This document shows positions 48,144 to 58,680 of a stretch of DNA of 64,000 nt, one piece after another. Below the pieces are notes generated by a model that had not been told where the DNA came from, ran no database searches, and worked only from the letters and a program-made list of their open reading frames with translations. Source of the DNA: Gammaproteobacteria bacterium (GTDB lineage: Bacteria > Pseudomonadota > Gammaproteobacteria > JABABF01); contig OZ250153.1 in the NCBI GenBank assembly GCA_965237805.1, forward strand, positions 64,001-128,000. Direction: 5' to 3'. How positions within the stretch are numbered: the stretch's first letter is position 1; each line of letters starts with the position of its first letter. The translations under genes were made by a program, and so were the position numbers.

Positions 48144-49127
48144 TTGAGCGTTTCCACCAACCAGCGACTTGTCGTCGCCATTTCCTCGCGGGCGCTATTC
48201 GATCTGGCCGAGAGTCACCGCATCTACCAAAGCGAGAGCTTGGCGGCCTACTCGCGCTATCAGATCGAACACGAGGACATCCCGCTTGCTCCAGGTGTCG
48301 CTTTTCCCTTGGTTAGCAAGCTGCTCAAGCTGAATCGCTTGCTCGAGGACGTGCCGACCAGCATCGAGGTGATTTTGCTCTCGCGCAACAGCGCTGACAC
48401 TGGCTTGCGGGTGCTGAATTCGATTCGCCATCACGAGCTCGATATCAGCCGTGCGGCGTTTTGCGGTGGCCAGCAGCCATGGCGCTATGTGCAGCCTTTC
48501 CAATGTGATCTGTTTCTGTCCACTGAGGCTGCAGACGTACGGGCTGCACTGGAGCGCGGCGTCGCCGCCGCCACCATGCTGTCTCCCCCGAGTACACAGG
48601 AGCCAGCCCAGTCGGCGCTGTGCTTCGCCTTCGATGGCGACGCGGTGATTTTTTCTGATGACTCCGAGCGTTTATTCCAGCGCGAGCAGCTGGAGCGCTT
48701 TGCCAAAAGTGAGGCAGCGGCGGCGCGGGAACCGATGGACGGCGGCCCCTTCAAGGGTTTTCTGGCCTCCCTGCAGGGTTTGCAAGCGGCGCTCGCGCAA
48801 CGCCAGCTCGATGGCGCGCTGCGCACCGCTCTGTTCACTGCACGCTCGGCACCGGCCGATGAGCGCGTCATCCGCACGCTGCGAGCTTGGGACATCCGCG
48901 TCGATGAGATCCTCTTTCTGGGCGGACGCAAAAAGGGGCCGTTCCTGAGTGCCTACGGTGCCGATGTGTTTTTCGACGACCAGCTAGAACACTGTGCTAG
49001 CGCGCAGCGCGAGCAGGTGGCTGCCGGGCATGTGCCCTACGGGCCGGTGGGTGCGGAGCAGGATGCGGCTGACAGTGCGGCGGTGTCGCTGGTCGGCGCG
49101 GGGCATTCAGAGGAGAATGAAGCGTAA
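48144..49127 (+). CDS. 5'-nucleotidase (cN-I-like family)
   Basis: 'LVVAISSRALFDL', 'SRNSADTG', 'AFDGDAV', 'TARSAP', 'FFDDQ'. Confidence 0.88.
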   Translation: MSVSTNQRLVVAISSRALFDLAESHRIYQSESLAAYSRYQIEHEDIPLAPGVAFPLVSKLLKLNRLLEDVPTSIEVILLSRNSADTGLRVLNSIRHHELDISRAAFCGGQQPWRYVQPFQCDLFLSTEAADVRAALERGVAAATMLSPPSTQEPAQSALCFAFDGDAVIFSDDSERLFQREQLERFAKSEAAAAREPMDGGPFKGFLASLQGLQAALAQRQLDGALRTALFTARSAPADERVIRTLRAWDIRVDEILFLGGRKKGPFLSAYGADVFFDDQLEHCASAQREQVAAGHVPYGPVGAEQDAADSAAVSLVGAGHSEENEA

Positions 49128-49886
49128 CCCCATCGCGCCCAAAATCAATACCAATAAGATTCGCAATACAGCCTGCGGCATGATGATGCTGAGGCGGGTG
49201 CCCAGATAGACCATCGGCAGGGCACCGCAGAGCAGTCCCAGTAACAGCTTGAAATCGACATTGCCGAGTAGCAGCCAGTGGCTGAGACCGGCGATCAGGG
49301 TTAACGGCACGGCGTGCGCTAATTCGGTGCCGATCACCTCCGATGGAGTGAGTTTGGGATACAGATGGAGTAGCACGGCGGTGCCGATGGCACCGGCACC
49401 TACCGATGACAGCGTGACCAACACGCCGAGTACAACGCCGACCGCAATGGTCATCAACCGCGGTAACTGCCAATCGGGTTGCGGGTGTTGCAGCTGACCC
49501 AACCGCTGCAGCCAAGGGCGCAACAGCAGCACGGTGGCGGTGCCGAGCAACATGACACCGAGGCTCAATTGCAACAGCGCGTCGTAGTTGTGTTGGCCGT
49601 CGAAGATCCACAGTAGTAGCGTGGCGGTCAGGGCTGCGGCGGGCAGGCTGCCACAGGCCAGCAACAGGGCGATGGGCCAGCGGATCGTGCCGTGGCGGTG
49701 GTGGGCGAGCACGCCGCCAGCTTTGGTCACGGCGGCGTAGAGCAGGTCGGTGCCGATGGCGATGCGCAACGGATAGCCCATGAAGGAAAGCAGTGGGGTC
49801 ATCAGAGAGCCGCCGCCGATACCGGTGGCCCCGATGGCCAAGCCGACGACACCACCGGCCAGCAAATTTTGTAAAAATTCGTTCAT
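49107..49886 (-). CDS. TauE/SafE family sulfite exporter
   Basis: 'GATGIGGGSLMTP', 'AIGTDL', 'SSVGAG', 'GTELAHA'; multi-TM. Confidence 0.88.
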   Translation of the reverse strand: MNEFLQNLLAGGVVGLAIGATGIGGGSLMTPLLSFMGYPLRIAIGTDLLYAAVTKAGGVLAHHRHGTIRWPIALLLACGSLPAAALTATLLLWIFDGQHNYDALLQLSLGVMLLGTATVLLLRPWLQRLGQLQHPQPDWQLPRLMTIAVGVVLGVLVTLSSVGAGAIGTAVLLHLYPKLTPSEVIGTELAHAVPLTLIAGLSHWLLLGNVDFKLLLGLLCGALPMVYLGTRLSIIMPQAVLRILLVLILGAMGLRFILL

Positions 49887-49952
49887 ACCCGCCCGCACAC
49901 GGCACCAGCCAGCGCTGTGTGGCAGCGCTGGCTCATCTTGTTGCCGACCAGG

Positions 49953-50723
49953 CTATCGGACACCGTTGGTGGTGGCTAATTGATCTGATGTGATATGTAG
50001 GCCGCACTCTTTTTTGGTCGCCTCTTCCCACCACCAGCGGCCAGCACGCTCGTGCTCACCGGGGAGCACCGCCCGCGTGCAGGGCTCGCATCCGATGCTG
50101 ATATAGCCGCGATTGTGCAATTCATTGTGGGGCACTTCAAAGGCGCGTATATAGGCCCAGATCTCCTCGGAGCGCATCGCTGCCAGCGGGTTGAACTTCA
50201 GTCGTAGCGGGGTGCCGACGGCCAGCGGGTCGCGCTCGACGATTTTGATGGTGGCGCGTGTGTCGGGACTCTGGTCACGACGCTGACCAGTGATCCAAGC
50301 GTCAAACTGTGCCAGCTTGCGTCGCAGCGGTGCCGTCTTGCGCACATCGCAACACTCTTGATGACCATCCCGGTAAAAGCTGTAGAGCCCCTTGTCGCGC
50401 ACCAGCTGCTCCAGCACCTCGGCATCGGGCGAGAGCATTTCGATTTTGAGTTGGTAATGTTCGCGCACGCGCTCTATAAAACGATAGGTCTCTGGATGCA
50501 GACGCCCGGTATCCAAGCAGAAGACAGCGAAGCGATCGGCCGCAGCTTCCTTCAATGCCATATCGATCAGTACCACATCCTCTGCACCGCTGAAAGCGAT
50601 GGCGATGGAGCCTTGGTATTCGAAAGCGGCATGCAATACATCGCGCGCTCCAGCACTCTCCAAGCGGTTCGCCAGCGCAGTGATTTCGGCCTCGGTGGCG
50701 GGCAGTGGTGGGGCGGGGGGCAT
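49953..50723 (-). CDS. cysH: Adenylyl-sulfate (APS) reductase, [4Fe-4S] CysH type
   Basis: 'AFSGAED', 'LDTG', 'ECCDVRK', 'SIGCEPCT', C-terminal 'KECGLH'. Confidence 0.92.
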   Translation of the reverse strand: MPPAPPLPATEAEITALANRLESAGARDVLHAAFEYQGSIAIAFSGAEDVVLIDMALKEAAADRFAVFCLDTGRLHPETYRFIERVREHYQLKIEMLSPDAEVLEQLVRDKGLYSFYRDGHQECCDVRKTAPLRRKLAQFDAWITGQRRDQSPDTRATIKIVERDPLAVGTPLRLKFNPLAAMRSEEIWAYIRAFEVPHNELHNRGYISIGCEPCTRAVLPGEHERAGRWWWEEATKKECGLHITSDQLATTNGVR

Positions 50724-50915
50724 CGAATCATCTGGGGTAGGTTTGGAGAACAAAATATTATACGCCTTGTCTCACTGGCCTCAGTCTTGCAGTGCCCCCG
50801 ATGTGTACATTTGCCTAGATGGTCTGCGGGCGCTAAAGTAATGCTCCAACACAGCGATATATTGCTGATTGCCGCGCGCTCAGTGGCGCACGATGACCGG
50901 TAGGGTTGCCTGCAG

Positions 50916-51542
50916 ATGCGAATTATTTGCCTCGATTTGGAAGGGGTTCTCGTCCCTGAGATCTGGCTTGGCCTCGCCGATGCCACTGGCATTGATGCGC
51001 TGCGCGCCACGACACGGGATATCGGTGACTACGACGAGCTGATGCGCATGCGCTTAGCTCTGCTGAAGCGGCATGGGCTCGGCTTGGTCGAGCTGCGGCG
51101 TGTCATCGATGGCTTGGCACCGCTACCCGGTGCCGCCGATTTTTTGCAACGCTTGCGCGACCGCTTTCAGCTGGCCATCCTGTCGGATACTTTCTATGAA
51201 TTCGCCGCGCCGCTGATGCGTCAACTCGGTCAACCGCTGTTGCTTTGCCACCATCTATCGGTGGATAGCGAAGATCGCATCCACGACTACAAGCTGCGCC
51301 AACCGCGTCCTAAATTTCATGCGGTGCGCTCCTTTCAGGCGATGAACTACAAGGTGTTGGCGGCAGGTGATTCACTGAACGACATCGACATGCTGGGCGC
51401 GGCCGACCGCGGTGCTTTTTTCCGTGCACCGCAGAGTGTGCGCTCTCTGCACCAGCAATTTCCGGCCACCGAGGAATACGACGAACTGTGGCGCTGGTTG
51501 TGTGAGAGCGATGCCGCGCTCGTCGCCGAGGAAGCGGCATGA
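50916..51542 (+). CDS. thrH: Phosphoserine phosphatase/homoserine phosphotransferase
   Basis: 'CLDLEGVLVPEIW', 'ATTRD', 'SDTFYEF', 'AAGDS'; divergent from cysH. Confidence 0.92.
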   Translation: MRIICLDLEGVLVPEIWLGLADATGIDALRATTRDIGDYDELMRMRLALLKRHGLGLVELRRVIDGLAPLPGAADFLQRLRDRFQLAILSDTFYEFAAPLMRQLGQPLLLCHHLSVDSEDRIHDYKLRQPRPKFHAVRSFQAMNYKVLAAGDSLNDIDMLGAADRGAFFRAPQSVRSLHQQFPATEEYDELWRWLCESDAALVAEEAA

Positions 51543-53191
51543 ACGAGCTCGCTCCATCGCTGGGTAATCCCTTGCGCACCTCGCAAGAGCGGGCGACAGA
51601 CGGTGGCTCCCGTTACCGCGAGCGCATCGAGCGCACTGCCGAGCTGCACCGGCGACCGCAGGCTGCGGGTCGCGTCAATGCTGTACGCCAGCACGCTAAA
51701 GGGCGGATGACGGTTTGGGAGCGTATCGAGCTGTTATCTGACAGTCCACCAGAAATTCTCCACCAAAACTGGGGCAAGCAATTGGATGGTGCCTCGTTGG
51801 TCACGGCGTTGATCGACATCAAGGGTCGCAAAGTCGCCGTTTACGGCCATGATTTCACAGTGCGCGCCGGCTCGATCGATGCCACCAATGGGGCCAAGCT
51901 GGTCGCTTTGATCGAATTGGCGTGCAAGTGGGGCATTCCTCTGATCGGGCTCAACGATAGTGCTGGTGCCTTTGTGCCGGCCGGTGTCGGCGGCCTCGAT
52001 GGCTACGCCCAAGTGTTCGCTGCGCTGCGCCGCGCCAGCGGCGTGGTGCCGAGCATTATGTGCATGTTCGGTTTCAATGCTGGTGGCGGCTCCTACCTGC
52101 CGCGCCAAGGCAGCTTCATGATTCAGCCGCAGAACACTTTCTTTGGTTTGACTGGGCCGGGGGTGGTGCAATCGGTGCTCGGCGAGCGCGTCAATGCCGA
52201 CGAGCTCGGCGGTCCGCAGGTGCACAGCCAGAGCGGGGTTGTCGATTTCGTTGTCGCCGATGAGGCGGCGGCTCTGGCCATGGCGCGCCAGTTGCTCGAC
52301 TATTTGCCGGACAACAACCATAGCGCCGCGCCGAAACTGGATTGTTCGGATCCGCCGCGGCGACACACCCAACAGATCGGCGCACTATTGCAGCGCACCA
52401 TCGATTCGCCGACCGGCTTCAACACGCCGCTGGACACCCATCTTGTACTCCAGGAATTGTGTGATCACGGCGACTATCTTGAGACCCAAGCGGGGCGTGC
52501 GCGCAATACCATCACGGCCTTGACCCGCATCGATGGTCATGTCGTCGGTGTGGTCGCCAACAACAGTGCCGTCGCTTCCGGCCAGATAGACATCAGCGCG
52601 GCCTATAAAAATGCGCGCTTCATCCGCTTTTGCAATCTGTACAACCTGCCGCTATTGTTCATTGAGGACACCACTGGCTTCCTGCCGGGGCAGGAACAGG
52701 AGAGAGGTGGGATCATCCAAGCTGGGCGCGCCATGCTGGACTCGATCATCGACCTGCGTACGCCGCGTATCCTCGTGCTGTTGCGCAATGCTTTTGGTGG
52801 TGCCTACGCCGCCTTCAACAACTATGCGGTCGGTGCCGATTTGGTGCTGGCGCTGCCGACGACACGGGTGGCGGTGATGGGGCCAGCCGGTGTGGACTTT
52901 GTCTATAAAAAGGCATTGCGAGCACTGGATGCCGACCCGCGTGGCAATGTCAATTCGGGCAGTGCTGCCGAACGTGCAGCAGCCGAGCAGTGGCGACGCA
53001 GCCAGCGTGCGGAGCTGGATCAGCGCTACGAGCGTGAGCTGATGAACCCCGATGAGGCGCTCAGCTTGGGTTCGATCTCGCGCTTGGTGATGCCCGAGTC
53101 TTTGCGCGCTGAGCTGAGCGAGTCTTTTGCGATGTTCCTGCAGCGCTATCGCCCGCAGGCGATGAGCTCCGTGCAGCGTGAATTTCACTGA
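51539..53191 (+). CDS. Acyl-CoA (probably propionyl-CoA) carboxylase carboxyltransferase subunit
   Basis: 'KGRMTVWERI', 'DFTVRAGS', 'DSAGA', 'AGGGSY', 'TGPGVV', 'DTTGFLPG', 'AFGGAY', 'AVMGPAG'. Confidence 0.88.
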   Translation: MNELAPSLGNPLRTSQERATDGGSRYRERIERTAELHRRPQAAGRVNAVRQHAKGRMTVWERIELLSDSPPEILHQNWGKQLDGASLVTALIDIKGRKVAVYGHDFTVRAGSIDATNGAKLVALIELACKWGIPLIGLNDSAGAFVPAGVGGLDGYAQVFAALRRASGVVPSIMCMFGFNAGGGSYLPRQGSFMIQPQNTFFGLTGPGVVQSVLGERVNADELGGPQVHSQSGVVDFVVADEAAALAMARQLLDYLPDNNHSAAPKLDCSDPPRRHTQQIGALLQRTIDSPTGFNTPLDTHLVLQELCDHGDYLETQAGRARNTITALTRIDGHVVGVVANNSAVASGQIDISAAYKNARFIRFCNLYNLPLLFIEDTTGFLPGQEQERGGIIQAGRAMLDSIIDLRTPRILVLLRNAFGGAYAAFNNYAVGADLVLALPTTRVAVMGPAGVDFVYKKALRALDADPRGNVNSGSAAERAAAEQWRRSQRAELDQRYERELMNPDEALSLGSISRLVMPESLRAELSESFAMFLQRYRPQAMSSVQREFH

Positions 53192-53204
53192 TAAGCGAGC
53201 GACC

Positions 53205-56060
53205 ATGTCCAGCGAGCGCACAGCGAGGCATTTTGTCAATCCATCGCCACTGAGCGAGGATCGGCGCCGCTTGCGTGCGGCCACGACCTGGGAGCGCCGC
53301 TTCGATTGCTCGGCGTTGCGACCGTTGATCATCTGCCGCGGTCCGATCCGTAAAGAGGCGATCGATGTGTTCCGTGAGATGGGCATGAGCCATATCGGCA
53401 TGTTGGTTTCCGAGCGCGACAGTATTGTTTTCGAAGGGGGGCGGGCACCGGAGCTGCGTCACTTGGATGCCGAGTGTGTTCATCCGGTGTCGGATTACAG
53501 CGGTGCAGATCTCGCCGAGCGTCGCGCTCGGATCGAAGAGATCATCGAGATTGCGCGGAACCACAACTACGACAGTATTTTTGCTGGCTACGGTTTTATG
53601 GCCGAAGACGCTGAGTTGGCTGCTGCGCTGGAACGTGCCGGGTTGATTTTCATCGGCCCATCGGCAAAAATTTCCCGCCGCGCTGGGCTCAAGGATGAGG
53701 CGAAGCGCACCGCACGTGCGGTCGATGTCAGCGTGACGCCGGGTGTCGACAACACGGCGCAGCTAAGTTTGCTGCGCAAATATCCGGACCGCAGCGCTCT
53801 GTGTGCGCTGGCGCGCAAGCACCGGTTCGATGTCGACACTGGCTCCGATAGCGATACTGCGACGCTGGCGCAACAGCTGTTGACGGCGGCGCTGGCGCGG
53901 GGCATCGCCCTGTTCAGTCTCAATGAGCTATGTGCGGAGGCAGAGCGCCAAGCGCGTGGGCTATTCGAACAGCACCCGACTTACCGCCTGCGGGTTAAAA
54001 CGGTGGGCGGCGGCGGCGGCAAGGGACAGCGTGTCTTAGACGCGCCGGGCACGGTCGCTCAAGCAGCTCGAGCTGCGGGCGCGGTGCCCGGCGCGGTGCG
54101 CGAGGTGTTGGCCGAGATGAAGGCGCTCGGCCCGGGTGACAATCGCAATGTCTTACTTGAGCTGAATATCGAAAATACGCGCCATGTGGAAATCCAGCTG
54201 ATTGGCAATGGCAGCTGGTGTGTTTCCTTGGGTGGTCGCGACTGCTCGATTCAGGCGCACGAACAAAAATTACTCGAGTTGTCGATGACGACCCAATCGT
54301 TGCAACGGGAGGCCGCTGCCGCTGCCGTTGCCGGTCGCAATGCCGAAGCTCGTAGCTTGCGGCGCGAGGGCGAGCTACTCGAGCAAATGGAAAATGAAGC
54401 GGTGCGTTTTGGTGCCGCTGTCGGCTTGGATTCGGTGTCGACTTTTGAGTGCATTGTCGATGCTAAAAATCACTTCTTCATGGAGATGAACACGCGCATT
54501 CAAGTCGAGCACCGCGTCACCGAATTGTGCTCTGCGCTGGAATTTTGCAATCCCCAAGACATCACAGAGTTCTTCCGTGTCAATTCCTTGGTCGAGGCGA
54601 TGGCTCTGTTGGCAGTACACGGCGATGCGCTGCCAGAGCCGCGCCGGGTATCGCGCGCGGATTGCGCCGTCGAAGTTCGCCTCAACGCCAGCAACGATGC
54701 ACTGGCACCTCATGCGGGCGGCATCATCGAGTCGTGGTCGCCGCTGGCACCGGGAGAAATCCGCGACGATCAAGGCATCTCGTTACCGAACCGTGATAGT
54801 GGGCATTTCGTGCGCTACCGTCTCAGTGGTGCCTACGATAGCAACATCGCCTTGTTGTTGTGCGAGGCTGATAATCGTCGGGCACTGTTGGAACGCATGG
54901 ATAGCATCCTCGGGCGGATGGAGTTAGGCGGCATGGATCTCGCCACCAATCTGGATTTCCACCGCGGATTAATCGCTTGGCTGTTGGGGCAAAATCCCAA
55001 TGCGCGTCCCGGCAATGGCTTCGTGCAGCCGTGGTTGGCGGCGGTGGGCGAGCTGTGTCAAGCAGCCGCACTGATCGATTTGGATCATGCCTGGCAGCTG
55101 TTGCGCGCAGCGCGCGTGGAGGCGGCACCAGCCGCGTTGCGCGAGGCGTGGGAGGCCAGCTTGGACGCCAAGAAGATTCTGTTATTGCGTGCGCTGGACA
55201 CACTCTTCGCGCGCCCGCATCTGTTGGCCGGCTGGCTGGGGCGCTCGCAACAGGCTTTGCACCGTCGCGGTGGGCGGGCGGTGGAATTGCACAATCCGCT
55301 GAGTCAGCTGAGTGGGCTGTACCGGCATCTGGATCTGGCACCGCATCCCAAACGGCCAGCTTCGGATCAAATTTGGGATCATGACCAGCAGCTGCTAGAC
55401 GAGGGTTTGGAGTTTTATCGCGATGTGGCGCAACGCCTGCACGGCAGTGGTGCGGATGCGGTGCCCTATGCGGAGCTGGCCGCTCAGCTGGTTGCCGATG
55501 CAGCGCCCAAGCGCATTGCCCGCAGCCTGTGGCGCGAGCTGCGAGCTGCGCATTTGGGCTACCAGTGCGGCATGGAATTGTTGCACTTGCCGTCGGCGAT
55601 CGGGCGCAGTGTGGGTTTTTACCGCATGCGCTGCCGAGCCGATCTCAGCATCGCTTTGCCGTCCAAGTGGTTGGATGCCGAGCTGCAGGCTCAGATGCGA
55701 CGCGTGCTGGCACCGCCGCCGACCCAGAGCGGTGATGAGATATTGGCTGAGAGCGGTGGCAGCTTCTATTGCCGAGAGGCACCGGATCGCCCGCCCTTTA
55801 TCGAGCCGGGGCAGCACTTTGAGAGCGGCGACACACTGTGTATTATCGAGGTGATGAAAATGTTCAATAAAATGCGTGCGCCTTTTGCCGGCACGGTGCG
55901 CGAGCTGTTGCTGAGCGAAGACGGTAGCGTTGTGCGAAAGGGGCAGCCGCTGTTCAGCGTGCAACCCGATGAGCGCGTCGTGGTGGAGGATCCACGTGCC
56001 AAGCAACAGCTGCGATATGCGCGAACCGAGCGTTTGATGCGCCGGGCGGTATTGTCCTGA
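53205..56060 (+). CDS. Large biotin carboxylase with C-terminal biotinyl domain
   Basis: 'AGYGFMAE', 'GGGGGKGQR', 'RHVEIQ', 'RDCSIQ', 'MEMNTRIQVEH', biotin-Lys 'EVMKM'. Confidence 0.88.
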   Translation: MSSERTARHFVNPSPLSEDRRRLRAATTWERRFDCSALRPLIICRGPIRKEAIDVFREMGMSHIGMLVSERDSIVFEGGRAPELRHLDAECVHPVSDYSGADLAERRARIEEIIEIARNHNYDSIFAGYGFMAEDAELAAALERAGLIFIGPSAKISRRAGLKDEAKRTARAVDVSVTPGVDNTAQLSLLRKYPDRSALCALARKHRFDVDTGSDSDTATLAQQLLTAALARGIALFSLNELCAEAERQARGLFEQHPTYRLRVKTVGGGGGKGQRVLDAPGTVAQAARAAGAVPGAVREVLAEMKALGPGDNRNVLLELNIENTRHVEIQLIGNGSWCVSLGGRDCSIQAHEQKLLELSMTTQSLQREAAAAAVAGRNAEARSLRREGELLEQMENEAVRFGAAVGLDSVSTFECIVDAKNHFFMEMNTRIQVEHRVTELCSALEFCNPQDITEFFRVNSLVEAMALLAVHGDALPEPRRVSRADCAVEVRLNASNDALAPHAGGIIESWSPLAPGEIRDDQGISLPNRDSGHFVRYRLSGAYDSNIALLLCEADNRRALLERMDSILGRMELGGMDLATNLDFHRGLIAWLLGQNPNARPGNGFVQPWLAAVGELCQAAALIDLDHAWQLLRAARVEAAPAALREAWEASLDAKKILLLRALDTLFARPHLLAGWLGRSQQALHRRGGRAVELHNPLSQLSGLYRHLDLAPHPKRPASDQIWDHDQQLLDEGLEFYRDVAQRLHGSGADAVPYAELAAQLVADAAPKRIARSLWRELRAAHLGYQCGMELLHLPSAIGRSVGFYRMRCRADLSIALPSKWLDAELQAQMRRVLAPPPTQSGDEILAESGGSFYCREAPDRPPFIEPGQHFESGDTLCIIEVMKMFNKMRAPFAGTVRELLLSEDGSVVRKGQPLFSVQPDERVVVEDPRAKQQLRYARTERLMRRAVLS

Positions 56061-56488
56061 TGATCAAGGGCATGGCGCATTTGGCTATCGCGGTGCCAGA
56101 GTTGGAGCGCGCCATCCGCCGTTTCAGCGAAGACTTTGGCTTGGTATTCAGCGGTCGCGAAGATGTGCCATCGGCGCAGACTACGACCGCTTTTTTCTCT
56201 TTGCCACAGACCAGCATCGAATTGGTGCACCCGTTGGAAGATCGCGGGCCGATACGCAAATACCTCGACCGCCAAGGCCGCGGCGGCCTGCACCATATCT
56301 GCTTTGAGAGCGACGATCTCGCGGCAGATGTGAAGCGCCTGCGCGATTTGGGCTATGAGTTTCTCAGCGACGAGATCCAAGCGGGGGCTCATGGTAGCAG
56401 TGTTATTTTCATCCACCCGCGCAGCTGCGACGGTGTATTGATCGAGTTGAGCCAGCCGGCTGCCGAGGGGGATACTGGGCATGGCTGA
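56060..56488 (+). CDS. mce: Methylmalonyl-CoA epimerase
   Basis: VOC fold 'HLAIAV', 'IELVHP', 'GGLHHICF', 'FIHP', 'GVLIEL'. Confidence 0.9.
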   Translation: MIKGMAHLAIAVPELERAIRRFSEDFGLVFSGREDVPSAQTTTAFFSLPQTSIELVHPLEDRGPIRKYLDRQGRGGLHHICFESDDLAADVKRLRDLGYEFLSDEIQAGAHGSSVIFIHPRSCDGVLIELSQPAAEGDTGHG

Positions 56489-58655
56489 GACGGGCTACCG
56501 TCCGCCCGCCGCCAGTCACGACGACTGGGAGCAGCTGGCCCGGCGCGAATGCAAAGGCGAATCTCCGGACACGCTGGCGCGGGAAATCAGTGAGGAGATC
56601 AAGCTGCGCGCGCTCTACACCCACGCGGACATTGAAGACTTGTCCACCGTCGACACCATGCCAGGTTGCGAGCCTTTTCTGCGCGGCCCCAGGGCCACCA
56701 TGTATGCGCGGCGACCGTGGACTATTCGCCAGTACGCTGGCTTTTCCACCGCCGAAGAATCCAATGCCTTCTACCGACAGAGCTTGGCCGCGGGCGGGCA
56801 GGGCATTTCGGTTGCCTTTGACCTCGCCACCCATCGCGGCTATGACTCCGATCATCCGCGCGTTGCTGGTGATGTCGGCAATGCTGGCGTCGCTGTAGAC
56901 AGCGTCGAGGATATGAAGCGCCTATTCGACGGTATCCCCTTGGATGAAGTGTCGGTGTCGATGACGATGAACGGTGCCGTCTTGCCGGTGATGGCTGGTT
57001 ATATCGTCGCCGCCGAGGAGCAGGGGGTGGAGCAAGCCCAGCTGTCCGGCACCATCCAAAACGATGTGCTGAAGGAATTCATGGTGCGCAACACCTACAT
57101 TTATCCTCCCGATCCATCGATGAGAATCGTCGGCGATATGGTGAGTTACACAGCGCAACATATGCCGAAATTCAACTCCATTTCGATCTCTGGATATCAT
57201 CTCCAAGAAGCGGGTGCCGACCCCGCCCTCGAGCTGGCCTATACCTTGGCGGATGGCAAGGAATATATTCGTACCGCGCTAGCCACCGGCCTCGACATTG
57301 ATCAATTTGCGCCGCGGCTGTCATTCTTTTTTGGCATCGGCATGAATTTCTATCTGGAGATCGCCAAACTGCGTGCGGCTCGGCTGCTGTGGGCGCGTAT
57401 CGTCGACGAGTTCAAACCGAAGTTGGCGCGCTCCAAAATGCTGCGCACCCACTGCCAGACTTCGGGTTGGTCACTGACCGAGCAGCAGCCGTTGAACAAT
57501 GTGGTGCGCACCACGATCGAAGCCATGGCTGCGGTCTTTGGCGGCACCCAGTCGCTACATACCAACGCGCTGGACGAGGCGGTGGCGCTGCCGACCGAAG
57601 AGTCGGCGCGAGTCGCCCGCAATACCCAATTGATCCTGCAGGAAGAGAGCGGCATCAGCGGGGTCGTCGATCCGTGGGGTGGCTCCTATATGATGGAATC
57701 ACTGACCCACAGTTTGTCTGAGCGCGTCTGGCAGCTGATCAGCGAGGTCGAAGAAGCTGGCGGGATGGCCAAAGTGATCGGCAGTGGTGAGCCCAAACGT
57801 CGCATCGAGGCCGTGGCAGCGCGGCGTCAAGCGCGCATCGACCGCTGCGAGGAAGTGGTGGTCGGCGTCAACCGCTATGTTTTGGACACCAGCTCGCAAG
57901 AATCGGAGATCGAAGTGCGAGAAGTGGACAATCGGGCGGTGCGCGAGCTACAAGTGCAACGCTTGGTCGAGCTGCGCGCAGCCCGCGATGAAGCCGCTGT
58001 ACAAGCCGCTTTGGAGGCGTTGGAGCGCGCAGCCCGCGATGACGATGACGGTGCTAATCTGCTCGAGTTGTCGGTGGCGGCAACTAGGCTGCGAGCCACT
58101 GTCGGCGAGATCAGCGAGGTGCTGGAGCGGGTGTGGGGACGTCATGACGGCGCGGTCAGCTTGGTGTCTGGTGTCTATGGTGGCGGGCGGCAACAGGATG
58201 GAGAATGGCATGAGATGACGGGCGAGGTGCAGGAATTTGAGCGGCGATACGGGCGCCGCCCGCGCATGCTGGTGGCGAAAATGGGGCAGGACGGACACGA
58301 TCGTGGTGCCCGCGTGATCGCCAGCGCCTTCGCCGATCTGGGTTTTGATATCGACCTCTCGCCGATGTTCGCCACACCGGCAGAAGTGGCGCGCCAAGCC
58401 TTGGAAAACGATGTCCACGCTGTCGGCATTTCCTCGCAGGCGGCGGGACATAAAACTTTGGTGCCCGAGCTGATCGCCCAGCTTAAAGCGCAGGGTACCG
58501 GGGACATCACCATCATCGTCGGCGGGGTGATCCCGCGACCGGACTACGACTTCCTGCGCCGCGCTGGTGTGGCGGCGATTTTCGGGCCCGGTACGCCGAT
58601 TCCCAGCGCGGCGCGCGAAGTGTTACAAGCGATTCGCGCCGCGCTGCCCGGCTGA
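56481..58655 (+). CDS. scpA: Methylmalonyl-CoA mutase (B12-dependent)
   Basis: 'WTIRQYAGF', 'GTIQND', 'SLHTN', B12-binding 'GQDGHDRG'. Confidence 0.96.
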   Translation: MAETGYRPPAASHDDWEQLARRECKGESPDTLAREISEEIKLRALYTHADIEDLSTVDTMPGCEPFLRGPRATMYARRPWTIRQYAGFSTAEESNAFYRQSLAAGGQGISVAFDLATHRGYDSDHPRVAGDVGNAGVAVDSVEDMKRLFDGIPLDEVSVSMTMNGAVLPVMAGYIVAAEEQGVEQAQLSGTIQNDVLKEFMVRNTYIYPPDPSMRIVGDMVSYTAQHMPKFNSISISGYHLQEAGADPALELAYTLADGKEYIRTALATGLDIDQFAPRLSFFFGIGMNFYLEIAKLRAARLLWARIVDEFKPKLARSKMLRTHCQTSGWSLTEQQPLNNVVRTTIEAMAAVFGGTQSLHTNALDEAVALPTEESARVARNTQLILQEESGISGVVDPWGGSYMMESLTHSLSERVWQLISEVEEAGGMAKVIGSGEPKRRIEAVAARRQARIDRCEEVVVGVNRYVLDTSSQESEIEVREVDNRAVRELQVQRLVELRAARDEAAVQAALEALERAARDDDDGANLLELSVAATRLRATVGEISEVLERVWGRHDGAVSLVSGVYGGGRQQDGEWHEMTGEVQEFERRYGRRPRMLVAKMGQDGHDRGARVIASAFADLGFDIDLSPMFATPAEVARQALENDVHAVGISSQAAGHKTLVPELIAQLKAQGTGDITIIVGGVIPRPDYDFLRRAGVAAIFGPGTPIPSAAREVLQAIRAALPG

Positions 58656-58680
58656 GCTGCCAGCGGCAACGGGGCGGACC

